From positions 800,001 to 864,000 of the forward strand of contig CAXVYR010000003.1 of NCBI GenBank assembly GCA_963666975.2: a stretch of 64,000 nt of DNA, read 5' to 3'. How positions within the stretch are numbered: the stretch's first letter is position 1; every line of letters begins with the position of its first letter. Below, one piece after another: positions 1 through 10,200 of the stretch. Under the pieces are notes generated by a model. That model was not told the DNA's origin. It saw only the letters and a list, made by a program, of their open reading frames with translations, and did no database searches. The position numbers were made by a program, and so were the translations under genes. The DNA comes from Terriglobia bacterium (GTDB taxonomy: Bacteria > Acidobacteriota > Terriglobia > 2-12-FULL-54-10).

Positions 1-589
1 TGATGGTGCTCCACGACCAGATCAGCTTCCGCGCATTAAGAACCTGGGGATGATGGTAAGCCAACGGAACACGAATCTGTGGGAGACGTACCGCGGCGCG
101 TCGGTGATTGCCAAGCAGTATGGAATCGAGTACACCAATTGGACGGTGCCGCGCAGGAGTCTGACGGAGGCAGGCATCATGAGCACGTTTGAGATCGACC
201 GGCCTCTTCCGCACAAGGTGTTCTTCTTTATTACAAAGGGGATGAATCGGTACAACGACCGGGACCAGATGGTCTATGGGCCTGGGGAGAGGACGGATCG
301 GATTATCCAGTTGAAGGCCCTGACCGTATGGGGCGGATACTACGTGCTGCGGGAGGACCTGCTGGGGACGCTGGGGCCGGGGAAGTTTGCGGATTTCATT
401 TTGCTAGATCGGGATTTCCTGACGATCCCGGAAGCAGATATTCCGAAGATAGAGGTGCTGATGACGGTGGTCGGCGGAAAGACGGTGCATTTGAATGCGG
501 CGCTGGCAAGCGAGATCGGGATGCAGCCAGTGGGCGCAAGCACCTGGACAGAGCCGATCCCGGAAGGATGGGAACCAAAGGCTTATTGA
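1..589 (+). CDS. Amidohydrolase family protein (YtcJ/Amidohydro_3-like), 5'-truncated by the window edge
   Basis: C-terminal GTLGPGKFADFILLD...TVVGGKTV motif; near-identical to the C-terminus of the 622..2553 protein. Confidence 0.85.
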   Translation, partial: DGAPRPDQLPRIKNLGMMVSQRNTNLWETYRGASVIAKQYGIEYTNWTVPRRSLTEAGIMSTFEIDRPLPHKVFFFITKGMNRYNDRDQMVYGPGERTDRIIQLKALTVWGGYYVLREDLLGTLGPGKFADFILLDRDFLTIPEADIPKIEVLMTVVGGKTVHLNAALASEIGMQPVGASTWTEPIPEGWEPKAY

Positions 590-621
590 ACCGAATGTTT
601 GGTTTGAGGAAGGAGGCAGAG

Positions 622-2553
622 GTGAGAAAAGGAATGGATGTAGTACTGGCTGTGGTGTTAGCTTCTGGCTTGGCCTGGGCTCAACAAGCGAACGTAGCGG
701 CGAAGTTGGGTTATCCCCAGATGATTGTCTACAATGGCAAGATCGTGACGATGGATGACGCCTCGTTTGAGTCCCGTGTGGGGACGATTGCGCAGGCGAT
801 GGCCCTCCGGGACGGGAAAATCCTGGAGATGGGGACAAATGCGGAGGTGCGGGCATTGGCAGGGCCGCAGACGAGGCAGATTGATCTGAAGGGCCGAACG
901 GTGTTACCGAGCTTCATCATGACGCACGAGCACCCGGTGGACTGGGCCTTTACGGAACCCCGCGGTTTCCGGCATGTGTTCCCCAATGATGATGTGATCA
1001 TCTCTCGATGGCTGCCGAACCTGCCGGCGAGGGAACAGTTGGCGCTGTTTGAGCCAACGATGCGGGAGGCCGTGGCGAAAGCGAAGCCAGGGCAGTGGAT
1101 CCGGGTGATTCCCAACTGGGGCCCAGACTACGAATGGGCTGAACAATTTAGCGGGCCCCGTGGTGGATTCTGGAACGACTCCATCACGAAAGAATACCTC
1201 GATGTATTGGCGCCCAACAACCCGGTCTGCATCAGTAACGGCTTTACCAGCGCTTGCATGGGCAATACGCAGACTGTGGAAGAATATCGCAGTGTGCACC
1301 CGGCATTGGACCATTATGCAACTCTCCGCGTAGGCCTACCGCCGAATGAGGAAGTCGCCCGCCGGATCGAGCAATCGGGCAGGTTGCCACGTCCGGCGAA
1401 TGGCGATGTTCTGTTCAAGGGGAAACTGCCGGAGTTGGCTGATGTGCTCAAGGCACAACTCGATCTGTGGGCCAGCTATGGGATCACAACGTTTGGTGGC
1501 TGGTGGTATGCCTATTCTAATCTGCACGCATTCCACCTGCTGGATTCGAAAGGGGAAATGCCGGCGCGGCTTGCATTGGGGCATCGGGGGCCAGCGTGGG
1601 ACTTGGGCACGCTGCGAATGTTGGCTGGCATGTTGGGACACGGAACAGACCACTTATGGTTTATCGGAGCTTTCGGTAGTGGCGGCGGTTGCTTCTCGGT
1701 TCCGGAGAGGGCGGAGTGGACGGAGCAGCGGGGTGATAATCGGGAGAGTAATGACCCGAGGGGTGAGGGATGCAGTAATGCTCCCGGCACGCATGGCTAT
1801 GAAATGAATGTAAGGATCGCGGAATCCGGCCTCCGGTTTGCCACAATGCATACAGGGGGGGACAAAGGGATTGATTATCTCATGGATGCGATTGAAGAAG
1901 GGAGCAAGCGGGCCGGGATGACGCTGGAGCAGATTCGCGCCAAGCGGCATGCTTTTGATCATGGCGCGGGAGCTCCTCGACCGCAGCAGCTCCCTCGGAT
2001 TAAGAACCTAGGGATGATGATCAGCCAGTTGAACACGATTTTGTGGGAGACCCACCGGGGTGCGTCCGTGATCGCCAAGCAGTATGGGGTGGAGTACACC
2101 AACTGGGTGGTGCCCCGCAAGAGCGTAACGGAAGCGGGGATCATGAACACGTTTGAGATAGACCGGCCGCTGCCGCACAAAGTGTTCTTCTTCATCACGA
2201 AGGGCATGAACCGCTACAACGACCGGGACCAGATGGTCTATGGGCCTGGGGAGAGGACGGACCGGATTATCCAGTTGAAGGCCCTGACCGTATGGGGCGG
2301 ATACTACGTGCTGCGGGAGGACCTGCTGGGGACGCTGGGGCCTGGTAAGTACGCTGATTTCATCGTCCTGGACCGGGATTTCCTGACGATCCCGGAAGCA
2401 GATATTCCGAAGATAGAGGTGCTGATGACGGTGGTCGGCGGAAAGACGGTGCATTTGAATGCGACGCTGGCAAGCGAGATTGGGATGCAGCCAGTGGGCG
2501 CAAGCACCTGGACAGAGCCGATCCCGGAGGGATGGGAACCAAAGGCTTATTGA
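622..2553 (+). CDS. Secreted amidohydrolase family protein (YtcJ/Amidohydro_3-like)
   Basis: GTG at 622 after AGGAGG (611-616); signal peptide; NGKIVT, IDLKGRTVLP, THEH, MH, DH and PGKYADFIVLD motifs. Confidence 0.85.
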   Translation: MRKGMDVVLAVVLASGLAWAQQANVAAKLGYPQMIVYNGKIVTMDDASFESRVGTIAQAMALRDGKILEMGTNAEVRALAGPQTRQIDLKGRTVLPSFIMTHEHPVDWAFTEPRGFRHVFPNDDVIISRWLPNLPAREQLALFEPTMREAVAKAKPGQWIRVIPNWGPDYEWAEQFSGPRGGFWNDSITKEYLDVLAPNNPVCISNGFTSACMGNTQTVEEYRSVHPALDHYATLRVGLPPNEEVARRIEQSGRLPRPANGDVLFKGKLPELADVLKAQLDLWASYGITTFGGWWYAYSNLHAFHLLDSKGEMPARLALGHRGPAWDLGTLRMLAGMLGHGTDHLWFIGAFGSGGGCFSVPERAEWTEQRGDNRESNDPRGEGCSNAPGTHGYEMNVRIAESGLRFATMHTGGDKGIDYLMDAIEEGSKRAGMTLEQIRAKRHAFDHGAGAPRPQQLPRIKNLGMMISQLNTILWETHRGASVIAKQYGVEYTNWVVPRKSVTEAGIMNTFEIDRPLPHKVFFFITKGMNRYNDRDQMVYGPGERTDRIIQLKALTVWGGYYVLREDLLGTLGPGKYADFIVLDRDFLTIPEADIPKIEVLMTVVGGKTVHLNATLASEIGMQPVGASTWTEPIPEGWEPKAY

Positions 2554-2638
2554 ACCGAATGTTTGCTTTGAAGAAGGAGGCCCAGATTGTGATTGAACAG
2601 GGGCGGTAGGAGTACAACACCCGGAAGCCGCGCTCGGC

Positions 2639-2901
2639 TATAGAGTCTGTGTGAAAACTTGGTTTTTACGTCAGGGCATGACTTCAGTCATGCCGTAACG
2701 CGTTTGAAATGAAAGCCCCTTCCTTGCGGCTTTACAGGCTGCTGAAAAAAGGCTCGAAAGGGTCAAATCGGAATTTTGCCGAATGACGATTCAATAACTT
2801 ACGAGCCAACGTTTCGGCGAAGAGCGCCAAAAGTTACCACTTTGGTTCTTTTTTCAGCAGCCTGTTCAGCCGCTGAGGGTAGTTATCACACAGACTCTAT
2901 A
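2639..2901. mobile_element. MITE-like element with ~21-bp terminal inverted repeats, carrying a REP-like palindrome
   Basis: TATAGAGTCTGTGTGAAAACT (2639-2659) / AGTTATCACACAGACTCTATA (2881-2901), 1 mismatch; internal GGCATGACTTCAGTCATGCC palindrome. Confidence 0.75.
2734..2865. mobile_element. Nested MITE-like element with perfect 18-bp terminal inverted repeats
   Basis: ACAGGCTGCTGAAAAAAG (2734-2751) / CTTTTTTCAGCAGCCTGT (2848-2865); splits a GCGGC-TTTA-GCCGC hairpin. Confidence 0.8.
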
Positions 2902-2919
2902 GGCCCCCGGAGCCATTTC

Positions 2920-3050
2920 TATCTTCTACAAACAAAGTGGCTGATTCTATATTTGCCACGCTTCGGAACTGCTAAGACCATTTCTGCCACCAACATATTG
3001 AACATTATAGGGTTATCCTGATCCCACCAACAGGCGATTGCGGAAGCACC
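2920..3050 (+). repeat. 131-bp direct repeat, copy 1 (left-truncated MITE)
   Basis: 13 mismatches counted by eye against 6571..6701, no gaps. Confidence 0.9.
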
Positions 3051-3152
3051 TTGCAGACCTCCGAGAATCCCACCATAGGCAATAGACCATAGGTTCGAAA
3101 TGCACTAGATAGTGGTAGAATTCGACGATGTTAGCGATTCGAGACCGGACCC

Positions 3153-6100
3153 ATGAAAGACGCAACGGCACCTTATAGTGCTGTCTATCATTTCCGCGAC
3201 GACCACCTGCTTGAGACGTTTATCGCGAAGATTCCCCGTTCTCAACTGGTCGAATACTTGCGTAGCAATGACTCGCTGCGAAACCGATATTTTCGGGGGT
3301 TTCGCATCTCCAACACTGTCCCCACCCGCCAACAGGTTCTGACCGCATACAAGAAGGAGATCATCGATCGCAACAACGGCAAACTCGCATCTTCGCTGTG
3401 TGCCCATTGGATTCGCCAACAGCCGGTGCTCGCAAGCGTTGCATTGAAATCTCTCGGTATTCAGTCTGAGGATCCTGCTGATGCAAAATTGTGGATCAAC
3501 GACGTTCACGCGAAGCTCGACCTAGAGCAACACGAAGATAGCCTCCGAGCACTAGTCCGCGCGCTGGCTATGCAGTTCTCCAACGAGGATGTTCACATCT
3601 TCGTCTCGATCATTTCCTATGGCACCAATCAGCAGACCCTGCGGAACCTCGTCGAGGGAGAACTGCTGAATGTGGCGAACGACCCTCAGATAGTGAAAGA
3701 CCGGATCGAGGGCTACCTGGAAGCAGCGAAAACGAAGATCAAGGATCTTGAACAGTTTCGCAGCGAACTCGAGTGTCAGCTAGAAGGCGAGTTGACTAAA
3801 GCGCGAGGAGCGCTGGACGGCATGCTACGGGAGCATGAAGAAGTTGCAACACGTCTCGCCCAAGAAGAAACATCGACCCAAGGGCTGACGAATCAACTCG
3901 AAGAGATCAAAGCAAAACTCCTCGAACGACAGCAGGCACGAAATGCCACAAAGAACCAAAAGGTGAAACTGTCCAAGACCATCAAGCGCCAACGCGAGGG
4001 ATTGTCGACAACACAGGCCACCTTCGAGAAGCGGCTCAAGGACGTTAGCCAAAGTCTTGATGAACAATCGAGTCATATGGCCGAACTCGCCACAGAATTG
4101 CAACAGATCAAAGAACGGATTCTCGCGGAAAAAAGTAAGCAAGTTCCAATGACACCAGTACCGGCAATTGCTCAGCCCGAACCATCCGCCGTGGTTCCTA
4201 TTCCTGGACCAACACCCTTGCCATTAACATCAGCACCGGAACCACACAAGCGAGCCCTTAACATTCTAGGAAATAACGCGATCTGCTATCAAGGAATCCA
4301 GAGGACGTTCCGAAATGCTGTCGTGACGTTCCTGCGTGATCGCTTGGCCCGCCTCTTCCCCGAGGATCACATCCAGCGAATGAAAAAGACGTTCGGGGAA
4401 GATTGGGAGAAAGCTGCACAGGACGCAAGCCGGTCGAGAGAAAATTTAGGTACAACGACCATCGTGCGCGACGAATACGATCTCCTCGGAACAAACCACT
4501 TTTATGGTATCTTCGAGCGTTTTTATGACAAGATTTTCACCCCTGAAGCTGGCCAATCCCCCAAAATCCCAAAGCCAGTGAAAGCCAGGTTCCTTGGCAA
4601 CCTGAAAGCTATTAAGGACTGCCGAGACCCACTGTCGCATTCGGTGGAAGAAGAGATCTCCTTTGAGGAAGCACACCATTTCCTTTACCTTGCCCAGGAG
4701 ATCCTTAAATGGTTGGGGTGCGACGCACAGGCGGCAGAACTCTCCACGTTAGCAGCACAGCTCGGCGGTGGCGAACCAGAAACGGCGTCGCTCCTCCGCC
4801 GGCTTCCTAGCGAAGACAGCATCTGCCTTGAGTTTGTCGGCCGCGACACGCTGCTCAAAGATCTCACCGGCTGCTTTGCCAATCCTGACAACAAACGGTG
4901 CCTCCTCGCTGGCGACGGCGGGAAGGGAAAGTCTGCGGCTGCCTACCGGTTCGCGCAGAGAATGCCGTCCTCAACCGAGCGCTTTCAGCTCATCGTCTGG
5001 CTGAGTGCGAAGCAACGCAGGTTCCGTGAAGGAGCACCCACCACCATCGAATCGCCGGACTTCACCACCGCTGGAGAAGCCGTCGATCGGCTCCTGACCG
5101 AATACGGCGCAATAACGCAGGACATGGACAAACCCCTCGCCGACAAGAAACGCCTCCTTTTCGAATACCTCAATGAGTTTCCAGCCTTTATCATCGCGGA
5201 CGATATTGACACAGTGCTCGAAGACGATGAAGTCGTGAGCCTCTTCACGCACGAAATTCCGAACACTCAATCTGCCGTCCTACTTACGTCTCGACGGGCT
5301 ATTCCCGGAATTCGCAAATTCATTGTCGAAGGGTTCGACCCAGTCGAGGCTGAAGAGTTCATCAAGTCCCGCATTCAACTCTACGGTCTTAAAACCGTAG
5401 CTTTCACGCCGGCAATCATTAAGGAAATAACAAAAGTTTCAGACAGTTCGCCACTCTACATGGATGATCTCATGCGCCTCACGCGGATCGTGGAGGTTCA
5501 GAAAGCCATCAGGATGTGGGCGGAGAGAACAGGCGATGAAGCTCGCAAGTACGCCCTACAGAGAGAAATCGAACAGCTCTCTGGTGACGCAAAAAGAGTC
5601 CTCATTGCGGGTGCGGTAACAGATGACTCCATTTCCTTTGTAGAGTTGGAGAGTATTCTGGAATTTTCTGAAGATCAGCTCTTGTCTGCGCTGACTGAAC
5701 TCCAAACGTTGTTCCTTTTTCCGAAGGAACCTGCTGTCGAAGGCGAACAGCGCTACCAGATCAATCTCAACACAAAGAAACTCGTTCGGCTCGTCGAAGG
5801 CGCCAGCGATCTCTACGCGCGTATCGACACTCGCAGCAAAGCGCTAGCGGGCAAACTCCCGGATGTCGGGTACGGTATTGTGAGCTCCCTGATCAGACAG
5901 GCGCACCTCCGCCTCAATGCGGGGCAAAACACAGAGGCCGAAGCAATTCTCCTCGGAGCCATCGAAAAGTACCCGAATGTGCCGGATTTGCAGGGCTTTC
6001 TCGGTTACGCCTACAAACGCATGCATCGCATCGTGGACGCACGCATCCAGTTCGAGGCAGCCTTCAAGCTCACGGCCAAGAACCCCGAAATGTATCTGCA

Positions 6101-6533
6101 CTGGATCAAGCTCGAGATCGCGGAGAAAGAATGGTCCAAGGCCATCACGGTTGCCGACCGGGCGCTAAAGATCCTCCCGGATGCCTACGCAATTGTCGAG
6201 CGAAATGCCTACGCAATTGTCGAGCGAAAGGTGTATGCGCTACGACAGGCAGGCTTTGACTTTCATAAAAGACTATTTCGCGAAAAGGCAGAAAGAATGT
6301 GGACCGACGCTGTCGAGGAGGTCAAAAGACGATTCAAGCCCCCGGAGGCTCTCCCGGCGGGCGCGCGTGAGTTGAACGCGTCCATGTATCTCAATATCGT
6401 GATTTGCCTCGAAATGCTCGGAAAAAGTCGGGATCGAAACTACTGGCTTGAACACTGGGAGAAAGAGCACCCCGACGATCCCCAAGTGGCTAGGCAGAAA
6501 GAATATATCAAACACAAGCGAGGGGGCCTGTAA
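3153..6533 (+). CDS. Coiled-coil + Swt1-like HEPN + STAND (NB-ARC-like) NTPase + TPR protein; putative antiviral NLR/Avs-like protein
   Basis: Heptad-rich region ~aa180-330; Pro-rich linker; RDPLSH (RxxxxH); FVGR, Walker A GDGGKGKS, Walker B FIIADDID, sensor VLLTSR; C-terminal TPR-like helices. Confidence 0.8.
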   Translation: MKDATAPYSAVYHFRDDHLLETFIAKIPRSQLVEYLRSNDSLRNRYFRGFRISNTVPTRQQVLTAYKKEIIDRNNGKLASSLCAHWIRQQPVLASVALKSLGIQSEDPADAKLWINDVHAKLDLEQHEDSLRALVRALAMQFSNEDVHIFVSIISYGTNQQTLRNLVEGELLNVANDPQIVKDRIEGYLEAAKTKIKDLEQFRSELECQLEGELTKARGALDGMLREHEEVATRLAQEETSTQGLTNQLEEIKAKLLERQQARNATKNQKVKLSKTIKRQREGLSTTQATFEKRLKDVSQSLDEQSSHMAELATELQQIKERILAEKSKQVPMTPVPAIAQPEPSAVVPIPGPTPLPLTSAPEPHKRALNILGNNAICYQGIQRTFRNAVVTFLRDRLARLFPEDHIQRMKKTFGEDWEKAAQDASRSRENLGTTTIVRDEYDLLGTNHFYGIFERFYDKIFTPEAGQSPKIPKPVKARFLGNLKAIKDCRDPLSHSVEEEISFEEAHHFLYLAQEILKWLGCDAQAAELSTLAAQLGGGEPETASLLRRLPSEDSICLEFVGRDTLLKDLTGCFANPDNKRCLLAGDGGKGKSAAAYRFAQRMPSSTERFQLIVWLSAKQRRFREGAPTTIESPDFTTAGEAVDRLLTEYGAITQDMDKPLADKKRLLFEYLNEFPAFIIADDIDTVLEDDEVVSLFTHEIPNTQSAVLLTSRRAIPGIRKFIVEGFDPVEAEEFIKSRIQLYGLKTVAFTPAIIKEITKVSDSSPLYMDDLMRLTRIVEVQKAIRMWAERTGDEARKYALQREIEQLSGDAKRVLIAGAVTDDSISFVELESILEFSEDQLLSALTELQTLFLFPKEPAVEGEQRYQINLNTKKLVRLVEGASDLYARIDTRSKALAGKLPDVGYGIVSSLIRQAHLRLNAGQNTEAEAILLGAIEKYPNVPDLQGFLGYAYKRMHRIVDARIQFEAAFKLTAKNPEMYLHWIKLEIAEKEWSKAITVADRALKILPDAYAIVERNAYAIVERKVYALRQAGFDFHKRLFREKAERMWTDAVEEVKRRFKPPEALPAGARELNASMYLNIVICLEMLGKSRDRNYWLEHWEKEHPDDPQVARQKEYIKHKRGGL

Positions 6534-6535
6534 GT

Positions 6536-6701
6536 GGTGCTTCCGCAATCTAGTGTTGTTAGCGCATCCTTATCTTCAACAAACAAAGTGGCTGATTCTA
6601 TATTTGCCACACTGCAGAACCGCTAAGACCATTGCTGACAGCAACATATTGAAAATAATAGGGTTATGCTGATTCCACCAACAGTCGATTGCGGAAGCAC
6701 C
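6536..6701. mobile_element. MITE-like element with perfect 15-bp terminal inverted repeats (contains copy 2 of the 131-bp repeat)
   Basis: GGTGCTTCCGCAATC (6536-6550) / GATTGCGGAAGCACC (6687-6701). Confidence 0.75.
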
Positions 6702-6733
6702 CACTGAAGATCCGTCCGTTATGCGAGAATGGG

Positions 6734-7117
6734 ATGATGGCCCGCGTGAGAATGGACAAGTGGCTCTGGGCCGCCCGATTCTTCAAGACGCGCTCGCTCG
6801 CTGCACGGGCATGTGAACTCGGCAGGATTACGTCCAACGGACAACAAACCAAGTCCTCGCGCGAGGTCCGCGTCGGCGACCTGTTGCAAGTGAAGAGCGA
6901 CGCAGGCGACTTTCAGGTGGAGGTTGTGCTCCTCAGCGAGATGCGCGGCCCGGCGGCGGTTGCGCAGACGCTCTACCGTGAGACAGAGACGAGCCGGGAG
7001 TTGCGGCTAAAGTTGGCAGAGGAGCGTAAAGCGATGCCGCATTTCGAGGGGTCGAGGGAAGGCAAACCATCGAAACGCGATCGCCGTGAACTCGATCGGT
7101 TTCGGGGTAGAGTGTGA
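6734..7117 (+). CDS. hslR: RNA-binding S4 domain protein, heat shock protein Hsp15
   Basis: RMDKWLWAARFFKTRSLA and GKPSKRDRR motifs. Confidence 0.9.
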   Translation: MMARVRMDKWLWAARFFKTRSLAARACELGRITSNGQQTKSSREVRVGDLLQVKSDAGDFQVEVVLLSEMRGPAAVAQTLYRETETSRELRLKLAEERKAMPHFEGSREGKPSKRDRRELDRFRGRV

Positions 7118-7239
7118 CCACAGAACACTAAAATTGATTTTACTACCTATTTTTCGTCTGAGAGACCTGGGGCAATGGGGACAGATGGGTTAGAGATATT
7201 TCTCAAACGGACGGGGCTACTTTGGATGCTCCAGACATC

Positions 7240-10200
7240 TCAGAACGACAGCCGGAGAGCGAACTGAATTTGACGGGGGGTGGTGGCTGTTGACCTTATT
7301 TTTCCGGCGCTCGGATTGATTGTCCCTCCATCACGGAAAATCGCTGTCGGAGGTCCGCCCGGCGCCTGAAAATTCGGATGGTTGGCAAGATTGAAAAACT
7401 CCGCCCGGAACTGCAGGTTGCGTTCAGAATCGATTCTAAACTCTTTCTGGAGGGAGAAGTCCAGGTTGACGATACCAGGACCGGTGAGGGTAGTACGGCC
7501 CGCATCTCCGATGTACCCAGGTTCTGGTGGTTGGAAAGCACAAGGATCAAAATACAAGTCTGGCCCTCCCAGCTTTAGGTCCGGCTCAATCAGCATCTGT
7601 CCGGTGAGCGGATGCCTGCAACCAGCGGTTACTCCGTTGGTTGGGTCACGGTTGTAGAAAGGTGTCAGATTCGGACGTTGGGAAACAAATAGGAATCCTG
7701 TGGAGGGAATTCCGTAAGAAACACCAAAGGCCGATCCGGAACGCAACGATAGAATTCCTCCGAACCTCCACCCCCCGATCAACGATGATAGCCATCCAGA
7801 GTTGAACCACCGCTGGCCGGAACCAATCGGGGGACTGTAGAAATACCGCAGCGAGAAATTATGGCGCCTGTCGAATGTGGAAAGGCCTCGATTCAACTTC
7901 CGATCCAGTCCGTAATGTTCCTGCAGGCCACGAACGGACGAGGCGTCGTCCACACTCTTGGAGTAGGTATAATTGGCTCCCAAAGTGAAATTCCTCCCGA
8001 AATCGCCGTTGATAGAGACATAGCCGGAATTGTAAAAGGATTGTGCATCCGTTAATGTCCTCTGAATACTGCCAAAGGCTGGGTTCATGACATTGTCCGG
8101 CGGCGTCTGAGGCCGGTTCGGATCTGAGGAGGAATATAGGTTCCCATCTGGCTTAACCCATTCCGGATCGGGAGGTAGAAACAGTTTTCCGTCCGGCTGG
8201 CGTACCGCGAAAGGATACAAATTGGCTTCAAACGTCCGGAGGAGATGGTTGCCTCGCGCGCCGACGTAGCTGATCTCTGCCGTCCATCTCGGCGTCAGTT
8301 GCCTTTGAAGCGATAGGTTATACCGATAAATCACAGGGTTCTTGGGGTTGTGGTAATCGAAAATTCGGAGTTGGCCGGCATCTCCCCTCGCAGCAGCCAC
8401 GGCATCAGGGAATGTTTCCAAGGCCTCGAAGTTGGGCCGAAGGCTGGGTTCATGACTGTCCGGCGGCGTCTGAGGCCGGTTCGGATCTGAGGAGCAATAT
8501 AGGTTCCCATCTGGCTTAACCCATTCCGGATCGGGAGGTAGAAACAGTTTTCCGTCCGGCTGGCGTACCGCGAAAGGATACAAATTGGCTTCAAACGTCC
8601 GGAGGAGATGGTTGCCTCGCGCGCCGACGTAGCTGATCTCTGCCGTCCATCTCGGCGTCAGTTGCCTTTGAAGCGATAGGTTATACCGATAAATCACAGG
8701 GTTCTTGGGGTTGTGGTAATCGAAAATTCGGAGTTGGCCGGCATCTCCCCTCGCAGCAGCCACGGCATCAGGGAATGTTTCCAAGGCCTCGAAGTTGGGC
8801 CGAAGTGCATACTTATAAAATGGCAAGGTCCTTCGGAGGTTCTCCACAGTGTATTCAAGAAGAGGCTCATGGTAAATTCCAACTCCCGCACGAACCTGAG
8901 TCCGCCGGTCATTGCCGGGTGACCAACTCAAACCGAAGCGGGGAGCCAGATTTCGCAGGCTGGGATTGGAACTCATTAGCTGACCCAGGCGCGGTTCAGA
9001 ATCAAGAAGTACGTCGAGCAAATAGACGTCCCGCCCCCGCGTGTCGTGAATTTTCGTGGTGAACTCATAACGGAGGCCTAGACTGAGCGCAATATTCGGA
9101 CGGAGTTGGTAATCGTCTTGGAAGTAGAATCCGAGGAGGGTCTGTCGAAAGTCGCGTTCCGAACTAGAACCGGGCAACGCTAGTTTGAGCTTGGTACCCT
9201 CTCCTAGCCGGAAGAGGTTCTCCAGGCTGCTGAAAGTCCATATGCCGCCCAGCGCATGGTTATCAAACACATTCCATTGAAAGCGCTCGATCAACGTCCC
9301 CAGCTTCCAAGTATGGGATCCGCTGCGGTAGATGAGATCGTCTGCAAATTGGAATGAATTCATTGTCTTACCGGCCGGTGCATCAAAATGTGCTGCGAAA
9401 CGGGTTAATCCTGCTACATGAAGTTGGCCATACCGCGGGGCACTGGGCACAAAGAACAGCGAGCGAGGAATCTCCCGCGCGTGCGCACTATTAAATGTCG
9501 ATGTCGGCCGTGTGTAGCTGGCGCGAAACGTGTTTAACAAAGTGGGGGAAAAGAAATGGGTTTCGGCTAAAGTCAGATACTGCTGTCTACTCTTAATGCG
9601 CCACGGAAGCTCTGCCGTACTGCCAACGGCCATTTGGTCGGCATCGTCAAAGGTATAGCGGCCGAATAAGGCGTCGTGATTGCTCAGTCGCTGGTCAATC
9701 CTGGCCGCGAAGAAATATTCGCTGGTAGGTAATCGAGCAGATGTGCGATTTTCAGCAACTCCCGTGGGATCGCCGTTACGATCCAGCAATGGCACCTGGG
9801 GAAGGGGGTAGAGCGCTAGATAGGGTAACACCTTCGTATTAGCAATAATGGGTTCTCTTCCCGGCAGAGAAAGTATTCCGCGGCGCGCTTCATTGTCGGG
9901 GACGAAACTCACGACGTTTTGGGTCAGCCGATTAAGAAGCACCTCGAAGCTAGTCATAAAAAAGGTTTTTTCTCGGATCATCGGGCCTGTTACTGTCGCT
10001 CCGAACTGGTTGCGCTTGAAAGGCGGCTTCTCGGGCGGGTCAAAGAAGTCGTGGGCATCCATCTTGCTGTTCCGGAGAAACTCGAACAAGCCCCCATGCC
10101 ATTCGTTGCTCCCCGAGCGGGTAATTGCATTCATCACCCCACCGGCAGCACGCCCGTACTGTGCCCCGTAGTTGGCGGAGAATATCTGCACCTGCAGCAC

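Larger units (their letters stand above)
1..2580 (+). repeat. Direct repeat: 1..~616 vs 1965..~2580 (3' parts of tandem paralogs plus downstream spacer and RBS)
   Basis: Offset 1964 bp; the last ~350 bp are almost identical, including TGAACCGAATGTTTG.TTTGA.GAAGGAGG after the stops. Confidence 0.95.

Noticed and set aside
328-621. N-terminal extension of the 741-aa ORF
   Set aside because: It overlaps the upstream paralog in another frame; the RBS and signal peptide indicate a start at 622
2776-3021. Small ORF sharing LQTKWLILYLP with ORF 6448..6672
   Set aside because: The similarity comes from the non-coding 131-bp repeat; no RBS and different N-termini
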